Source: Eledone cirrhosa
Lineage: Eukaryota
Direction of reading: 5' to 3'
NCBI GenBank assembly: GCA_964016885.1
Contig: OZ024740.1
Location: 370,822,001 to 370,886,000, forward strand
Length of the DNA stretch: 64,000 nucleotides
Both the position numbers and the translations under genes were made by a program. This document shows, one piece after another, positions 39,655-52,768 of the stretch (its first letter is position 1; each line of letters opens with the position of its first letter). Below the pieces are notes generated by a model that worked only from the letters and a program-made list of their open reading frames with translations, was not told where the DNA came from and searched no databases.

Positions 39655-41587
39655 CACTCACCCTTCGTCTCCTGGGGACCAGGCTGCACGATTTCCATGG
39701 GGGTGTTGGAGGGGTTGTCTGGGTGGGTGGTGGTTTCCGGCGGGGTGGGGACGGAGATGTTTGGTGGGGTGAGGTCTGGTGGGATGGGGTGTCTGGGGTA
39801 GGGAGACATTTGAGAAGGACGCGGTTAAGTGGTTTCACGCAGGTATTCCCCACATCCTTTTCAAATGTTTCTTTTAGGGACCTATAAGTTTGTATAGGGA
39901 CCCTAATCAGATTTAGGTTCAGGTTTTTTGTTATTTTTAATAGAGTGGGCGAAAGTTTTCCCTTCGGTTTTCACCGAAGGGTTATTCGTGATGGTCTCCA
40001 TTAGTGTTTTGTTTTCAGTGTTTATGTAAGTGTAAGTGTAATTTTCTTGTGTTGTGTTTGTTTTTGTCTGTAGTTCTTGTGTGTGCTTTCGTTTTGTGGT
40101 AGGTATTTTGTTTTCAGGAGGTGGGGGTTTTGTTTGTGATGTTTTTGTTGTTTGTGTTGGTGGTTGTATGTTTGTGGTAGTGTTTGCTGGTTTTTTGCTT
40201 TTGTGATGTCTTTTCTTTCTTTTCGAGCGATGGGGTTCTCCCTCGTCTTCACTGGGTGATGGCGAGATAGCCTCATCTGTTGTATCGTCTGTGTGATTGG
40301 GGAGGGGTATGTCTTGAGGAGCTGTTGGGTCTGTATGTGATTTTGCAGTGGTTTTAGGTGGAGTGGGGTTGGGTGGGACTGTGTTTGTTGTGGTTATTTT
40401 TGTGTGTTGGTGTTGTTGTTGTTGTTGTGGTGGTGTTGGTGGTTGTGTTGTTTTGATGGGTGTCGGCAGAAGAGCCTTTTTTTGACTCATTAATTTAGGA
40501 CAGGAAGCCCTCAGGTGACCCCTGCTAAAGCAATGGTAACATGAAGGCCGCCTACCCTCAACCGAAAAGTTTATGTAGGTGAGTCCGTCCAGGAGTACAC
40601 GTTGTGGGATCATAGCTATTCGCTCTGGGCTCATTTGCACCAGAACTTCAACGCTAGTCTCATTGAATACATCTCTGGGGGACTTTCCTACTGACAGTAT
40701 TCTGTCTTCATCAAAATTGATGAAGCCGCACAGTATCCACCATATGTTCACCTTTGGTGTGACACTCGTGATTTTAATCTTTTGTGTCCTTTTTCCCATG
40801 TATGTAGGGAAAAAGGTATACAGGTTGGATACAATGGCGACAAAGAGTAATTTTGGGCGGTCAATTGATCCTTCATGAGTACCGAAATACTCCCAAAGAG
40901 TTTGCTTCTTTGAATGAATGAAATATCATTCATTGAATTTTTGAAAACCAGTTCTATTTCTTTCTGTGACAATTGGACTGGTTTTCGGGTAGAATTGAAA
41001 ACTGTCCTAAAAACTATAGTTTTGAGAGCAGTTTCCTTGCGAATTTCTACCGGAGAATTGATGCTGAAAGCACCATTTTTTTCGAAAGTGACATATCTCC
41101 TAGCGTCCTTTAAAAGTTGTTCGGCATTTGTTATGTCGAGATATATCAGTTCCTCCTTTTTCTGAACTGTCTGTGCAAAGGAGATTTTTGGTTTCTTTGT
41201 GGAATTATCCGTGTTGGTGGTGTTGTCATTATTGTTGTTATTCTTGTTGTTATTCTTGTTGTCACTGATGTTGATATTATTCGTATTTTCCTTGGTGTTG
41301 GTGTTGGTGTTGTTGTTGTCTATGATGCTGGTGTTATTGGTGTTGTCTTTATTTTTTTCTTTGTTGTTGTCATTGTTGTTTTTATCATCATTATTGTTGT
41401 TGTTGTTGTTATTTTTGTTGTCATTGAACTGTTTGGTGTCATTTATGTTGTTTGGATATGAATTTGTTTTTACAATTTCATTTCGTCTTTCCATCTCCAT
41501 AGTATCTAGGGAAGAAGACGATGTTGACTGCGAGCTATGTAGTCTTACCGACTCTCCACCACCATTATCGTTGAACGCAGCGTTCAT
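39655..41587 (-). pseudogene. Tx1 ORF1 (gag-like, frameshifted)
   Basis: ORF pieces 40748-41647, 39903-40799 and 39608-39853. Asn-rich N-terminus, CYHCFSRGHLRASC zinc knuckle, Pro/Thr-rich tail. Confidence 0.85.
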
Positions 41588-41807
41588 AGCGTAATCAAAC
41601 TTCTTACGATATTTTTTCCAAAATTCGATGGAGAAAAAATTTTTCAAACGAATATTTCGCCCCTGTAGGGGCGAAAATGAGTTGACGCACCACCTGAAGG
41701 TCCAGACGGGGGGTCAAGTTACACAATAATATAAAATTTAACTGAAAACTCACGTTTTTTTCTTACATAAAATAACGGAAACTTCTCCGCGAAGTTACAC
41801 ACGTCTG

Positions 41808-41894
<87 letters not shown>

Positions 41895-42444
41895 TGAACG
41901 TTCACTATGGTAGCAACGAAACTCTGCGAAATTGCTAATGGATGTGTGTATATGTGTATGTTTATGTGTACGTGGGTTGGGGCGTGAGTATCAATCAATT
42001 GACATGCCAGTATGCACACCTTTCTATACCCTCCTCCCATTATATCTTATGTAATTGCATACAATTATCACCCTTTGTTTTAAATTGGTAATAATTATAC
42101 GTAATAACATATTATAGATTGTTATCAATATTTAGATGGTGTGGCAGGAGCGCTAATACAGTACAACTCGCACTGTATCTGAGAAACATTTATTATATAA
42201 CATCATTATACAGATATTAATTAATTAGGGCCAGTTAATTGAGAATAGTTGACACAGCTTACCCTCGAAATCCTCGACACAATTCGACAGAAAAGAAAAA
42301 AAAAGAAAAACAATTTTGGGGGGGTTTGTGATAATTAACTAAAGCCAAATGATGGCTGAAATGAAAAGATTTTGAACTATGTGATCTTATATATAATGTA
42401 ATGCGTTTTAGATAACGAAACTATTTCAATAATAATACTAATAA

Positions 42445-43780
42445 TTATTTCTACTTGAGGCAGAAAGCCAGCAATTTGAAGGAGAGGGAAAAGTCGATTT
42501 AATCGACCCCAGTGCATTGCTGGTGCTTTATTTTATCAACCCCGTAAGGATGAAAGGCAAAGTCAACCTCGGCGGGATTTGAACTCAGAACGTAAAGGGC
42601 CCTAACATTTTACTTTCTGAGTTCAAATCTCGCCAATGCCAACTTTGCCTTTCATCCATTCGATGTCGATTTAAAAGAAAGTACCAGTCTAGTATTGGGG
42701 TCGATTATTCCTCTATATCTCTTTCTCGCTTCCTCTCTCTCACTTTCTACCCTTCTCTGGAAGAAATCTACTGTATTCAGACCTGGAGAGGAGACGGGTT
42801 CCTACAGGCTTTAAAAATACACGAGAAACGCCGTGTGTCAATACGGCGTCCATACGATTCCATTGGGAGTTACGGGACAAAAAAGAAGAAAGAATGACTA
42901 TATGGGCAACAAACCTCAAATTTAGTGGAGTTGTATAGTCGTATATACTGAAACTAGTAGTTAACTGGCGGTTTATTTTATCGAGCCTGGAAGAATGAAA
43001 GGCAAACAAGTATTGCGATGGATTCTACTTTTTCTCTGAATTATACTTCTTATTCTCATCTAGTCTTGTTTCATTATGTCACGCTGATTTGGCAGGATTT
43101 GGACTTCGAGTGCAGAGAACGGAACACCGTATGACATTTTTGTTCGACGTTGTAACGATTCTGACAATCCATCGCCTTAAATGATTGTTTCTAACATAGG
43201 CACAAAATATGAAATTAGGAGAAGGTAGTTGATTAAATTGAATCCAGTACTTTATTATTCTTATTATTATTATATTGGCAGTAACGGTAGAGTGTCGGAC
43301 AATATGCTTTATGGCATAGGATTACGCCCCTTTACGATCTGATTTCAAATCCTGCCGAGGTTAGCTTTGCGTTTCATCCTTACGGGGTCGATAAAAAAAA
43401 ATACCAGTAATGCACTGGAAGATATTTAATCGACTTTCCCACCCCAACAAAATTGTTGGCCTTGTGCCTAAATTAGAAACCATTTAACTTTGCTTTTCAT
43501 CCTTACGAGGTCGATAAAATAAAGTACCAATAATGTGCTGGGTAATTACTGGCCGAAAGTAGAAACAATTATTATCATGAGATTGGTAGTATCGGTAGAG
43601 CGTCAGAAAACATGCTTAACGGCACAGAGATACGGCCCTTTCCGTTCTGAGTTTATATACCGTCGAGGTTAGCTTTGCCTTTCCTCCTTACGGGGTCAAT
43701 AAAATAAAGTACCAGTATCGCACTAGGGTTGATTTAATCGACTTTCCCCTCTCCAAACATTGTTGGTTTTGTGCTATACA
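42445..43780. mobile_element. SINE cluster (about 7 copies, mixed orientation)
   Basis: Repeated SINE B-box and central-domain motifs. Confidence 0.85.
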
Positions 43781-44742
43781 CAGCAACTTCTGGTCTGTGG
43801 TGAGAGTGAACGATCACCTTTCGGAACCGTTCGACAGAATGTGCTCGGTCCGCCAAGGATGTCCCCTCTCGTCCCTGATGTATGTATTGACTCTCGAGTG
43901 AATACTGCACAAACTGGAGAAGGGGGGGGGGGGGTCCTGCGCGAACTGGGATGCGGGAGATTCGTGTCAGCTTATGCGGACGTCACCGAAACGGAAAATC
44001 CGAGTGGCGAGAATGTTACGTAAAAATTTCGCAAATATTTTGCCGGTTTTGTCTTATAAGTGATCTGAATAAATTATTTTTGTTGACAATTTTCTAAAAG
44101 AACTTAACTCGGAATGCGGTAGTGTTGATTTCCCTTTTATGATCACTCTTAACAGGTTGGATCTACAGTCGGATACATAACGAGAGAGAGCGAGGGTGGA
44201 TTAAAAGAGTGAGAGCCGTGGTCGTAACCATAAACACGCCCCGTGGTTGGTGAAAGTCAATAACTAACACAGATAGTAAGTCGGTAGTCCTTGATGTGAC
44301 GTTTATTCACTCAGTACTGAGACAAGGACAGGCTATAACTTAAGTTAATAATTTAAGTTTTGTGAATAAAACATCTGTTCCACTATCTAAACAAATAAAA
44401 CGATTTTCTTCTGATAACGTGCATCTCTTTATTGAACACTTTTATCTTCATAAATCGAAAAATATTGAGAATATTAGAAAATGTCTCAAAATATCTAGAA
44501 GAAAATATTGGACAGCCCTGAATAATACAGTTACATGCTCCAACCAAATCAAAAAGGTTGTCTATAGTTGACGTGCATCGGATATTCAAGAGACTTTTAT
44601 TTCATATACAAATATAAAGTCGGTTGATACCTTTCGGAATTTCTTAAGTTGTAGCTAAAAATATATTATTACTTGACTTCATTAATATAATTCTTTTTTT
44701 TTTTAATCTCGGGATTGATTACACTTGCGTATTTCCTTTGTA

Positions 44743-44807
<65 letters not shown>

Positions 44808-45119
44808 TGTGTACGTGTGTGCGTGTGTGTGTGTGTGTGTGTCTGTGTCTGTGTGTCCGTATGTGTGTGTGTGTGTGTGTGGACCCAGGTCGTCAATAAT
44901 GACGTCAATAACACTGAACGTATTTAATTTTCGGAATCCAGGATTGGTATGCCATACATACTAGGATTGTCGGATATATGGTTAATCGTGCAAACTGGAA
45001 AATTTAGGTTTTAATAAACTAAGAGTTTGCATAAGAGAAACCCTAAAGTTTATATTCATTACTGGCACGTGGAAGTGATTAAAGGTATTGAATTATTTAT
45101 TCCTAGGATATTAAGATAT

Positions 45120-45880
45120 AATTCTTTCTACTTTTGGCACAAGTACAACAATTATTCCAGTGTTTACTGGTACTTTATTTTATCGACTCCGTAAGGATGA
45201 AAGGCAAAGTTAACCTCGACGGGATTTGAACTCAGACCATAAAGGGTCGTAATTCTTTGCTGCAAAGCATAGCGTCAGACCCTCTACCGATACTGCCAGT
45301 TCACTATTATATTAAGCGGTGGTTTGGCAGTATCGGTAGAGGTTCAAACGGCATGCTTTACAGCATAGTTACGTCCCTTTACGTTCTGAGTTCAAATCCC
45401 GCCAAGGTTAACTTTGCCTTACGGGGTCGATAAAATAAAGCACCAGTAATACACTGGGATAATTGCTGGTCTTGTGCTAAAAGGAGAAACAATTATATTA
45501 AGATGGCGGTGGATTGGCAGTATCGGTAGAGGGTCGGACGCCATGCTTTAAAGCATAGAGTTACCTCCATCTATGATCTGAGTTCATATACTGCCGAGGT
45601 TAACTTTGCCTTTCGTGCTTACGGGGTCGCTGAAATAAAGTACCAGTAATCCACTGGGATAATTGCTGGCCTTGTGCCAAAATTAGAAACAATTATATTA
45701 AGATGCAGTATCGGTAGAGGGTTGGACGCCATGCTTTCTAGCATAATTACGTCCCTTTACGGTCTGAGTTCAAATCCAGTCGAGGTTAACTTTGCCTTTC
45801 ATCCTTACGGGGTCGATAAAATAAAGTACCAGTAATGTACTGGGTAATTGCTAGCTTTGTGCCAAAAGTAGAAACAATTA
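45120..45880. mobile_element. Four abutting SINE copies (one minus, three tandem plus)
   Basis: 45125-45305(-), 45315-45495(+), 45505-45695(+), 45705-45880(+), joined by aattatattaag linkers. Confidence 0.9.
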
Positions 45881-46619
45881 TTATTTGTATGTTATTTGTA
45901 TATATACAAATATCATACAGGATTAAATATAAAAGTAAACTGAGTAGAAATAACTATTTACAGAGAGAAATTAATTGTTAGAGCACAGGAACTTGCGACT
46001 GGAACTTCTTGTAGAAACTTGTCATTGTGTATGTGTGTCTATGTTTGTGTGAGTGTAAATTTAAAAGATTTACAGACAGATATATATACAAAAATATCTC
46101 ATGTTGATGCGCAGTCTTCAACTGGCGGAGTTTAACATCAAAGTAGTTAGTGGATATATAAATAATTATACAAAGACACAAGATGTATAATAATGATTCA
46201 TATGTGTGCGTGTGGGGGGGCGGGCGTGTGTGTGTGTTTGTATTTGCTGGAATGATAGGCCGCTGTGAAAAGGCGGAAATAGGAAATACATACAGACATG
46301 TTATTTTGCTTATGTATTCCCTTTAAAAGAAGTGAACATGTGCATGTACATATATGTATGTGTACTTATTTAATGAATCTAAAATGGTGATAATGGATTA
46401 CATACATACATACTTACATTCATTCATTCAACTTACATTCATTCATTCATACATACATACTTACATTCATTCATTCATACATACATACTTACATTCATTC
46501 ATTCATACATACATAATACTTACATACATAGTGCATGCTTATATACATACATACGTGCATACATGCATACATACATTCATTTATACATACATACGTGCAT
46601 ACATACATGCATACATACA

Positions 46620-47635
46620 TACAACCATCTTGCCCAGGTTTATGACCATGAAAAAAGAAATATCATTAGAATAGCGACTGATCTGGAGGAGAGATATGGA
46701 ATAAAGCCCGATATAAATCTCTCACCCAGAGAAATCGGAAGATCCTATTCAATGTTCAAACAAGAAAAAAAAATTGACCAATTTACAGAAAAAGTTGTGC
46801 ATGGATACTTGAGGCGTAAAACACAGACCATAGAGGGGATAAACCACTCAAAAAGCCTGGCATGGAGTTCCGACAAGTTTATGACATCACACCTTGAGGG
46901 ATATCTCTATGCAATACAGGAACAAGAACTCCCTACCAAATATCTGCTGCACAAAAGAGGAGGGCCAGCAGCTGACAATAAATGTAGGCTATGTAAAACA
47001 AAGATCGAGGATGTAAGCCACATTGTTGCCAGCTGCGAAAGAATGTCATCTCGCTACTACCTCCCCATGAGACACGATGGGATAGCTAGAACCATCTGGA
47101 ACGCACTTCGGAAAACAAAATCAACAGCAAACGAGGAAGAATATATTGAGACAGATGGCACTAAGGAATACTGGTGGAACCTGAAAATAAAAACTGCCAC
47201 CAAATTAAAGCACAACCGGCCTGATATTGTAGTTTGGGACCACACATTGAAAACGTGTTCTGTTGTGGAGATCAGCTGCCCACTTGATGTAAACGTTGTC
47301 AGAAAAATACAGGAGAAGGAGGACATCTACGGACCATTGATGAGGAGTTTACAAATCCAGTATCCAAGATACACCTTTAGCTTCATACCCATCATTATTG
47401 GTGCTACGGGTTATATACCAACCCGCTTGGACCAAAGTATGACTGAACTTGGATTTGCAGACAAAAAGCGCAGCTCCCTAATTCATAGTCTACAAATGGC
47501 TGCGATAGCTGGCACCTTCAAAATTTGCAAAACATTCTTGCGATTCAAGGGATGACAATTTCTTTTCTTTTACAACCTTGCCACCAGGAAGGTGGCCGGT
47601 CAAAAAATATACTCAAAATTAAGAGAAAGAGAAAA
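46620..47635 (+). mobile_element. 5'-truncated R4/Dong-clade RLE retrotransposon in (TACA)n; open C-terminal ORF to 47555
   Basis: AIQEQELPTK, CRLC..EDVSHIVASC (CCHC), RHD, HNRPDIV...VEISCP and EKEDIY (restriction-like endonuclease). Flanked by (CATA)n on both sides. Confidence 0.9.
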
Positions 47636-47697
47636 TACATACATACATACATACATACATACATACATACATACATACATACATACATACATACATA

Positions 47698-48304
47698 ATA
47701 TGAAAGGGTACTGGTGGAATGTTCCAGTAAAAACCCCAATAAAATGCAGACATAACAGACCAGATATAATAATATAGGTCAGGGAGAAGAAAGCATGCAC
47801 AGTAGTGGAAGTTAGCTGCCCAGCAGATGCCAATATAATATCAAAGATTAGCGAAAAGGAGAATATTTACGCAGAACTGATGAGAAATATGTAGATACTC
47901 CACCCTGATTATACCCTCAGATTTATGCCTGTGATTATTGGGGCAATGGGATATGTTAATAACTGCCTCAATACAAATCTTGAGAAGTTGGGCTTCACAG
48001 GAACAGAAAGAACACAACTAGTTAGGAAATTTCAAATACAATCCATTAATGGAACAGTAAAAATATGTAAAATATTCCAAACATTTTGCATCTAATAACT
48101 GCATATACACATACACAGATACACATGCACACATACAACTTATAACATACACACTACACATACAATAACATTCATACCTACACATGCACGCATACAGACA
48201 TGCATGCAGACATTCAGACATATCTAACGAGTTGATGTGTAAATTCCAATGAGAGAGTCTTGTAACTATGTTAGAAAATTTGTGAAATTATAAAACCAGA
48301 AGAA
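47698..48304 (+). mobile_element. Second, diverged R4/Dong-like 3' fragment in the same (TACA)n tract
   Basis: YWWNVPVKTPIKCRHNRPDII*...VEVSCPAD...EKENIY...PVIIGAMG with stops; followed by (CATA)n from 48305. Confidence 0.85.
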
Positions 48305-48334
48305 CATACATACATACATACATACATACATACA

Positions 48335-48365
<31 letters not shown>

Positions 48366-48711
48366 TCATAAAAAAAAATAATTTGGAAGCTAAAACTACA
48401 CTTGAACAGTAAGATTTATGTTTCAAAATGTCTGTATGTGAAACAATACAAGTTTATTTCGGGTGCTGGCACTTTAGATTTATTGTGAAAAGATCCGGAA
48501 TAATTTGTACAATCACAATTAAATTGTTGAAGAAATTCAAGTTGGTGAAATTCAAGCTGAAGAAAGTGTTACGTTTCTGTTGAATTTTTTTTTTTTATGC
48601 ACAGAGAAAGAGCTAAAAATATCGTTTATAGACTTGTATAGAACAGAACTATCTAATGGAGAAAGCTCTTCTGAACATCTATTCCAACATTCTCGAAAAC
48701 TAACAAACAGA

Positions 48712-48877
48712 CAGTGTCGGATTTACCATTGTGCTTAGGTGTGCTTAAGCACAGGGCCCCATTGGCCGGGAGGGGCCCATCTTCAACCAAAACATTTTTT
48801 AACGATGAATTTTTTCAAAATTAAGGGCCTCATAACTTAACTAGCAGAGGGCTTCATTTGACCTAAATCCGGCACTG
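48712..48877. mobile_element. hAT-type MITE
   Basis: TIRs CAGTGTCGGATTTA / TAAATCCGGCACTG; imperfect 8-bp TSD caaacaga/catacaca. Confidence 0.75.
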
Positions 48878-49119
48878 CATACACATACATATATTAGAAA
48901 CTACGTAATATGACAGCTCCAGCGAACGAACCAGTAATTAGTAAAGGTTTAGTTAGTGTTATGCATAGTAGTTTAATTTTTGTATGTGGTTTTGAAGGGC
49001 GTGTTTAGTTTCTTCACTTTGTTTAGTGTGGTATATATATGGTATGTTAGGTGGGGATTTAGGTATATAGAAATTGCTCTTTGCATTTGTTTTCACTGTT
49101 TTTCATTATTGTCTTTGCA

Positions 49120-49180
<61 letters not shown>

Positions 49181-49922
49181 AGTTAAAACGACCATAATGT
49201 TATCTCGACCAGGGGAGATTAATAATAATAAAGTATGTCTCCCTACATGCAAAATACATATAGGGACACATGTATTATCCAACCGTATGCCAATGTGGTT
49301 CTATGGCAGGTTAATAAATTAACGAGCCAGAACATATACAATCAAGGTTTAGCAAATAAGAAAAAGTTTTAAAATAAATTTTTAAAAGTTCACTGTACCT
49401 GCTGTAATTACCCTTACCGTACGGTTTCAAGTCTCAAAATAAATAGATAATCCATGCGGAAATCCATTGAAAAGAAAGACTTTCGTCAGAGGGTTCTTTT
49501 CGCTCGGAGAATATAAAATTCCCGAGTTCAAATCATGAACTGGCGCCATTCAAAATTATTAATCTCCCTGGTCGAGATAACATTTTGGTCGTTTTAACTG
49601 CTGCTATTTCTAGTGGCAGGACATTGACCTTTCCGCCCTTGCCTTCTATCTTTACACACGGCACTAGACAGAATTGCTTCTTCATCATACACTCTCATCT
49701 CGGGAACAATTTTGAATGGCGCCGGTTCGTGATTTGAACTCGGGAATTTTATATTCCCCGAGCGAAAAGAACCCGCTGACGAAAGTCTTTCTTTTCAATG
49801 GATTTCCACATGCATTATCCATTTATTTTGAGACTTGAAACCGTACGGTAAGGGTAATTACAGCAGGTACAGTGAACTTTTTAAAATTTATTTTAAAACT
49901 TTTTCGTATTTGCTAAACCTTG

Positions 49923-49925
<3 letters not shown>
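49181..49925. mobile_element. Doubly inverted PLE-type element
   Basis: Inverted pairs 49340-49557 / 49708-49925 and 49181-49226 / 49555-49600, between (CT)n and (TA)n. Confidence 0.85.
49771..49855 (+). ncRNA. HHR with long stem-II insertion and palindromic stem III (inverted copy at 49410-49494)
   Basis: acccg-CTGACGA-aagtct..(~42 nt)..agactt-GAAA-ccgtacgGTA-agggt. Stem I is perfect (accct/agggt) in the minus copy. Confidence 0.85.
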
Positions 49926-49982
<57 letters not shown>

Positions 49983-50509
49983 GAGAGAGAGGGATTGGGG
50001 AGAGAGGGATAGAGAGAGAGTTAAAGGGACGCCAACATGGAAAAATGGACGTTAAACAAGGATAAGAATGATTATATAAATGTGTGTGTGTATGTGTGTG
50101 TGCGCGCGTATACATAAGCTGGTGAAAAACACAAAACACTTTGAGAAATATCTGATAGTCACTCTTGTATTTCTAATATTGACAACGATGGCTTCATGAT
50201 TCAAATTTCAATCAAAACTTTGAAATCTTAGAGTTACATGGAATATAAATCCTGGGGGTTTCTTCGAGTATGTGGAGAGAGAAAAAGATAGAGAAAGATA
50301 TATAGAGAGAAGATCCTTATTAGTCAAGTTACGTATTGACTTACCTTGTAGCTGTGAAATATAAGCTTTCAAATTTTCTATCCAAAATGACTGACCATCC
50401 AGTTGTTCGCTTGTTATTAATAAACTGACCTACCCATCCGTACATACACATACCTACCTGTACCGCAGACCGCCCACTATCAGCAAGCTCCTTGGCCATC
50501 GTACAGTTG

Positions 50510-50675
50510 TGATGGTGGGGGGGGGGGTAATAGTGGCGGTGGTGGTGGCGATGGTGGTGGTGGTGATGTTGGTGTTGGTGGTGGTGGTGTTGGTGTTAGT
50601 GGTGGTGGTGTTGGTGTTGGTGTTGGTGGTGGTGGTGTTGGTGTTGGTGGTGGCGGCCGCGGTAGTGGTGGTGGC
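50510..50675. repeat. (GGT/TGT)n trinucleotide repeat
   Basis: Direct. Confidence 0.9.
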
Positions 50676-50918
50676 TGGAATTACTGCGAGGGGGTAGGAG
50701 GGTGTGACAGCGGGACTAACGATGGTGACATCTGCTGGTAAGTGTGGGGCGGACAATATTGCTTAACAAGAAATATAACACCGATAGAGGTAATGATATC
50801 GACGACGATGATCACAATCATCATCATCATCATCATCATTCTGATGATTACGGTAAGAACGTCGATAATTATGATAATCTAAACGGCCCACGCCATTTTC
50901 CTCCCTCTTTCACTCCCT

Positions 50919-51015
<97 letters not shown>

Positions 51016-51064
51016 ATATATATATATGTCTGTGCATATATATATATTTATATATATATATATT

Positions 51065-51110
<46 letters not shown>

Positions 51111-51124
51111 TTTATATATATATT

Positions 51125-51158
<34 letters not shown>

Positions 51159-51188
51159 TTTATATATATATATATATATATATATATT

Positions 51189-51242
<54 letters not shown>

Positions 51243-51432
51243 TTTATATAGGCCAAGATGGGCATTGTATGATGACTCAGTGAGTACAGAGGAGAAACTT
51301 CAGAGTAACAACACTTAAACTATGGTGGTGAGTACTCATTCTCGCAATCATCAGTGTATGTATACATATGCACATATGTATATATATATATATATACACA
51401 TATGTATATATATATATGTGTGTGTGTGCGTG

Positions 51433-51464
<32 letters not shown>

Positions 51465-51541
51465 ACGAAGGAAATGTGGTAAGGAACCAGGTGGACCATA
51501 ACGCACCAAAGTACTCAATACTTAGGGTAGTAGAGTGGGTA

Positions 51542-51652
51542 ATAGGAACGAGTAGGACCCCGACGGCTGAGCTCAAGCCGTTTCGACGGCTAATTCCGTC
51601 CAGAATTAGCCGTCGAAACGGTTTGAGCTCAGCCGTCGGGGTCCTACTCGTT

Positions 51653-51657
<5 letters not shown>
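51542..51657. repeat. 55-bp-arm hairpin carrying the 3' half of an HHR on both arms
   Basis: Arms 51542-51596 / 51603-51657 contain GAAA-cggc ttgagctca gccGTC-ggggtc. The same family occurs at ~25985-26025. Confidence 0.8.
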
Positions 51658-51725
<68 letters not shown>

Positions 51726-51740
51726 TATATATATGTATGC

Positions 51741-51861
<121 letters not shown>

Positions 51862-51886
51862 TATATATATACATATATATATACAC

Positions 51887-51959
<73 letters not shown>

Positions 51960-52035
51960 AATGTGTGTGTATGCATGTATGTAGATATATATATATGTGT
52001 GTGTGTGTGCATATATATATATATATATGTAATTA

Positions 52036-52104
<69 letters not shown>

Positions 52105-52434
52105 AAGAGGAGAGGGGGAGATTTCTCTCATTCATTCTTTATCTGTGTGTGTCACATTTGTTCCAATCCAAGTTTGCATAATACTGCTACGCCATTTTAT
52201 TTCATGGGGATTTGCTGTGATTTATTACTTTCTCTCCAGATCAGTGATTGGAAATGTTTGAAGGCTCGCCTCCATTTTGTTGACGTGTTCTTTGATTGGT
52301 GAAAATGTGGTCAGTTAGAAATGAAGAAAGAAAGAAAGAAAGAAAGATAGAAAGAAAGAAAGATAGAAGGCAAATTACGGAAAATATATGAAGAAGGAAA
52401 TCGAGGAAAAATAAGAAATATAAGATAGACAGAC

Positions 52435-52503
<69 letters not shown>

Positions 52504-52504
52504 T

Positions 52505-52544
52505 ATTTCTTTATTAGCCACAGGGGCACAAAAGAAGGGGACAA

Positions 52545-52547
<3 letters not shown>
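52505..52547 (-). mobile_element. Tx1 stack unit A: 43-bp 3'-terminal stub between (GATA)n tracts
   Basis: atttctttattagccacaggggcacaaaagaaggggacaaata, nearly identical to the 3' ends of units C and D. Confidence 0.85.
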
Positions 52548-52616
<69 letters not shown>

Positions 52617-52768
52617 GATGAACGGATGGACAGACTGATAGAAAAATACATAGATAAGCGTGTGTGTGTGTGTGTTTAAATAGATAGACGGATTGATGGA
52701 TGTATGGTTGATGAATGGCTAGATAGATGTTTCTTTATTTGTCAGATAGATAGATAGATAGATAGATA

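Larger units (their letters stand above)
36267..41810 (-). mobile_element. Near-full-length Tx1-clade (L1 group) LINE, 3' end lost
   Basis: 5' end abuts (GA)n at 41810. ORF1 with CCHC knuckle; ORF2 with APE, RT (YADD) and C-terminal CPRC..H..C. Confidence 0.95.
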
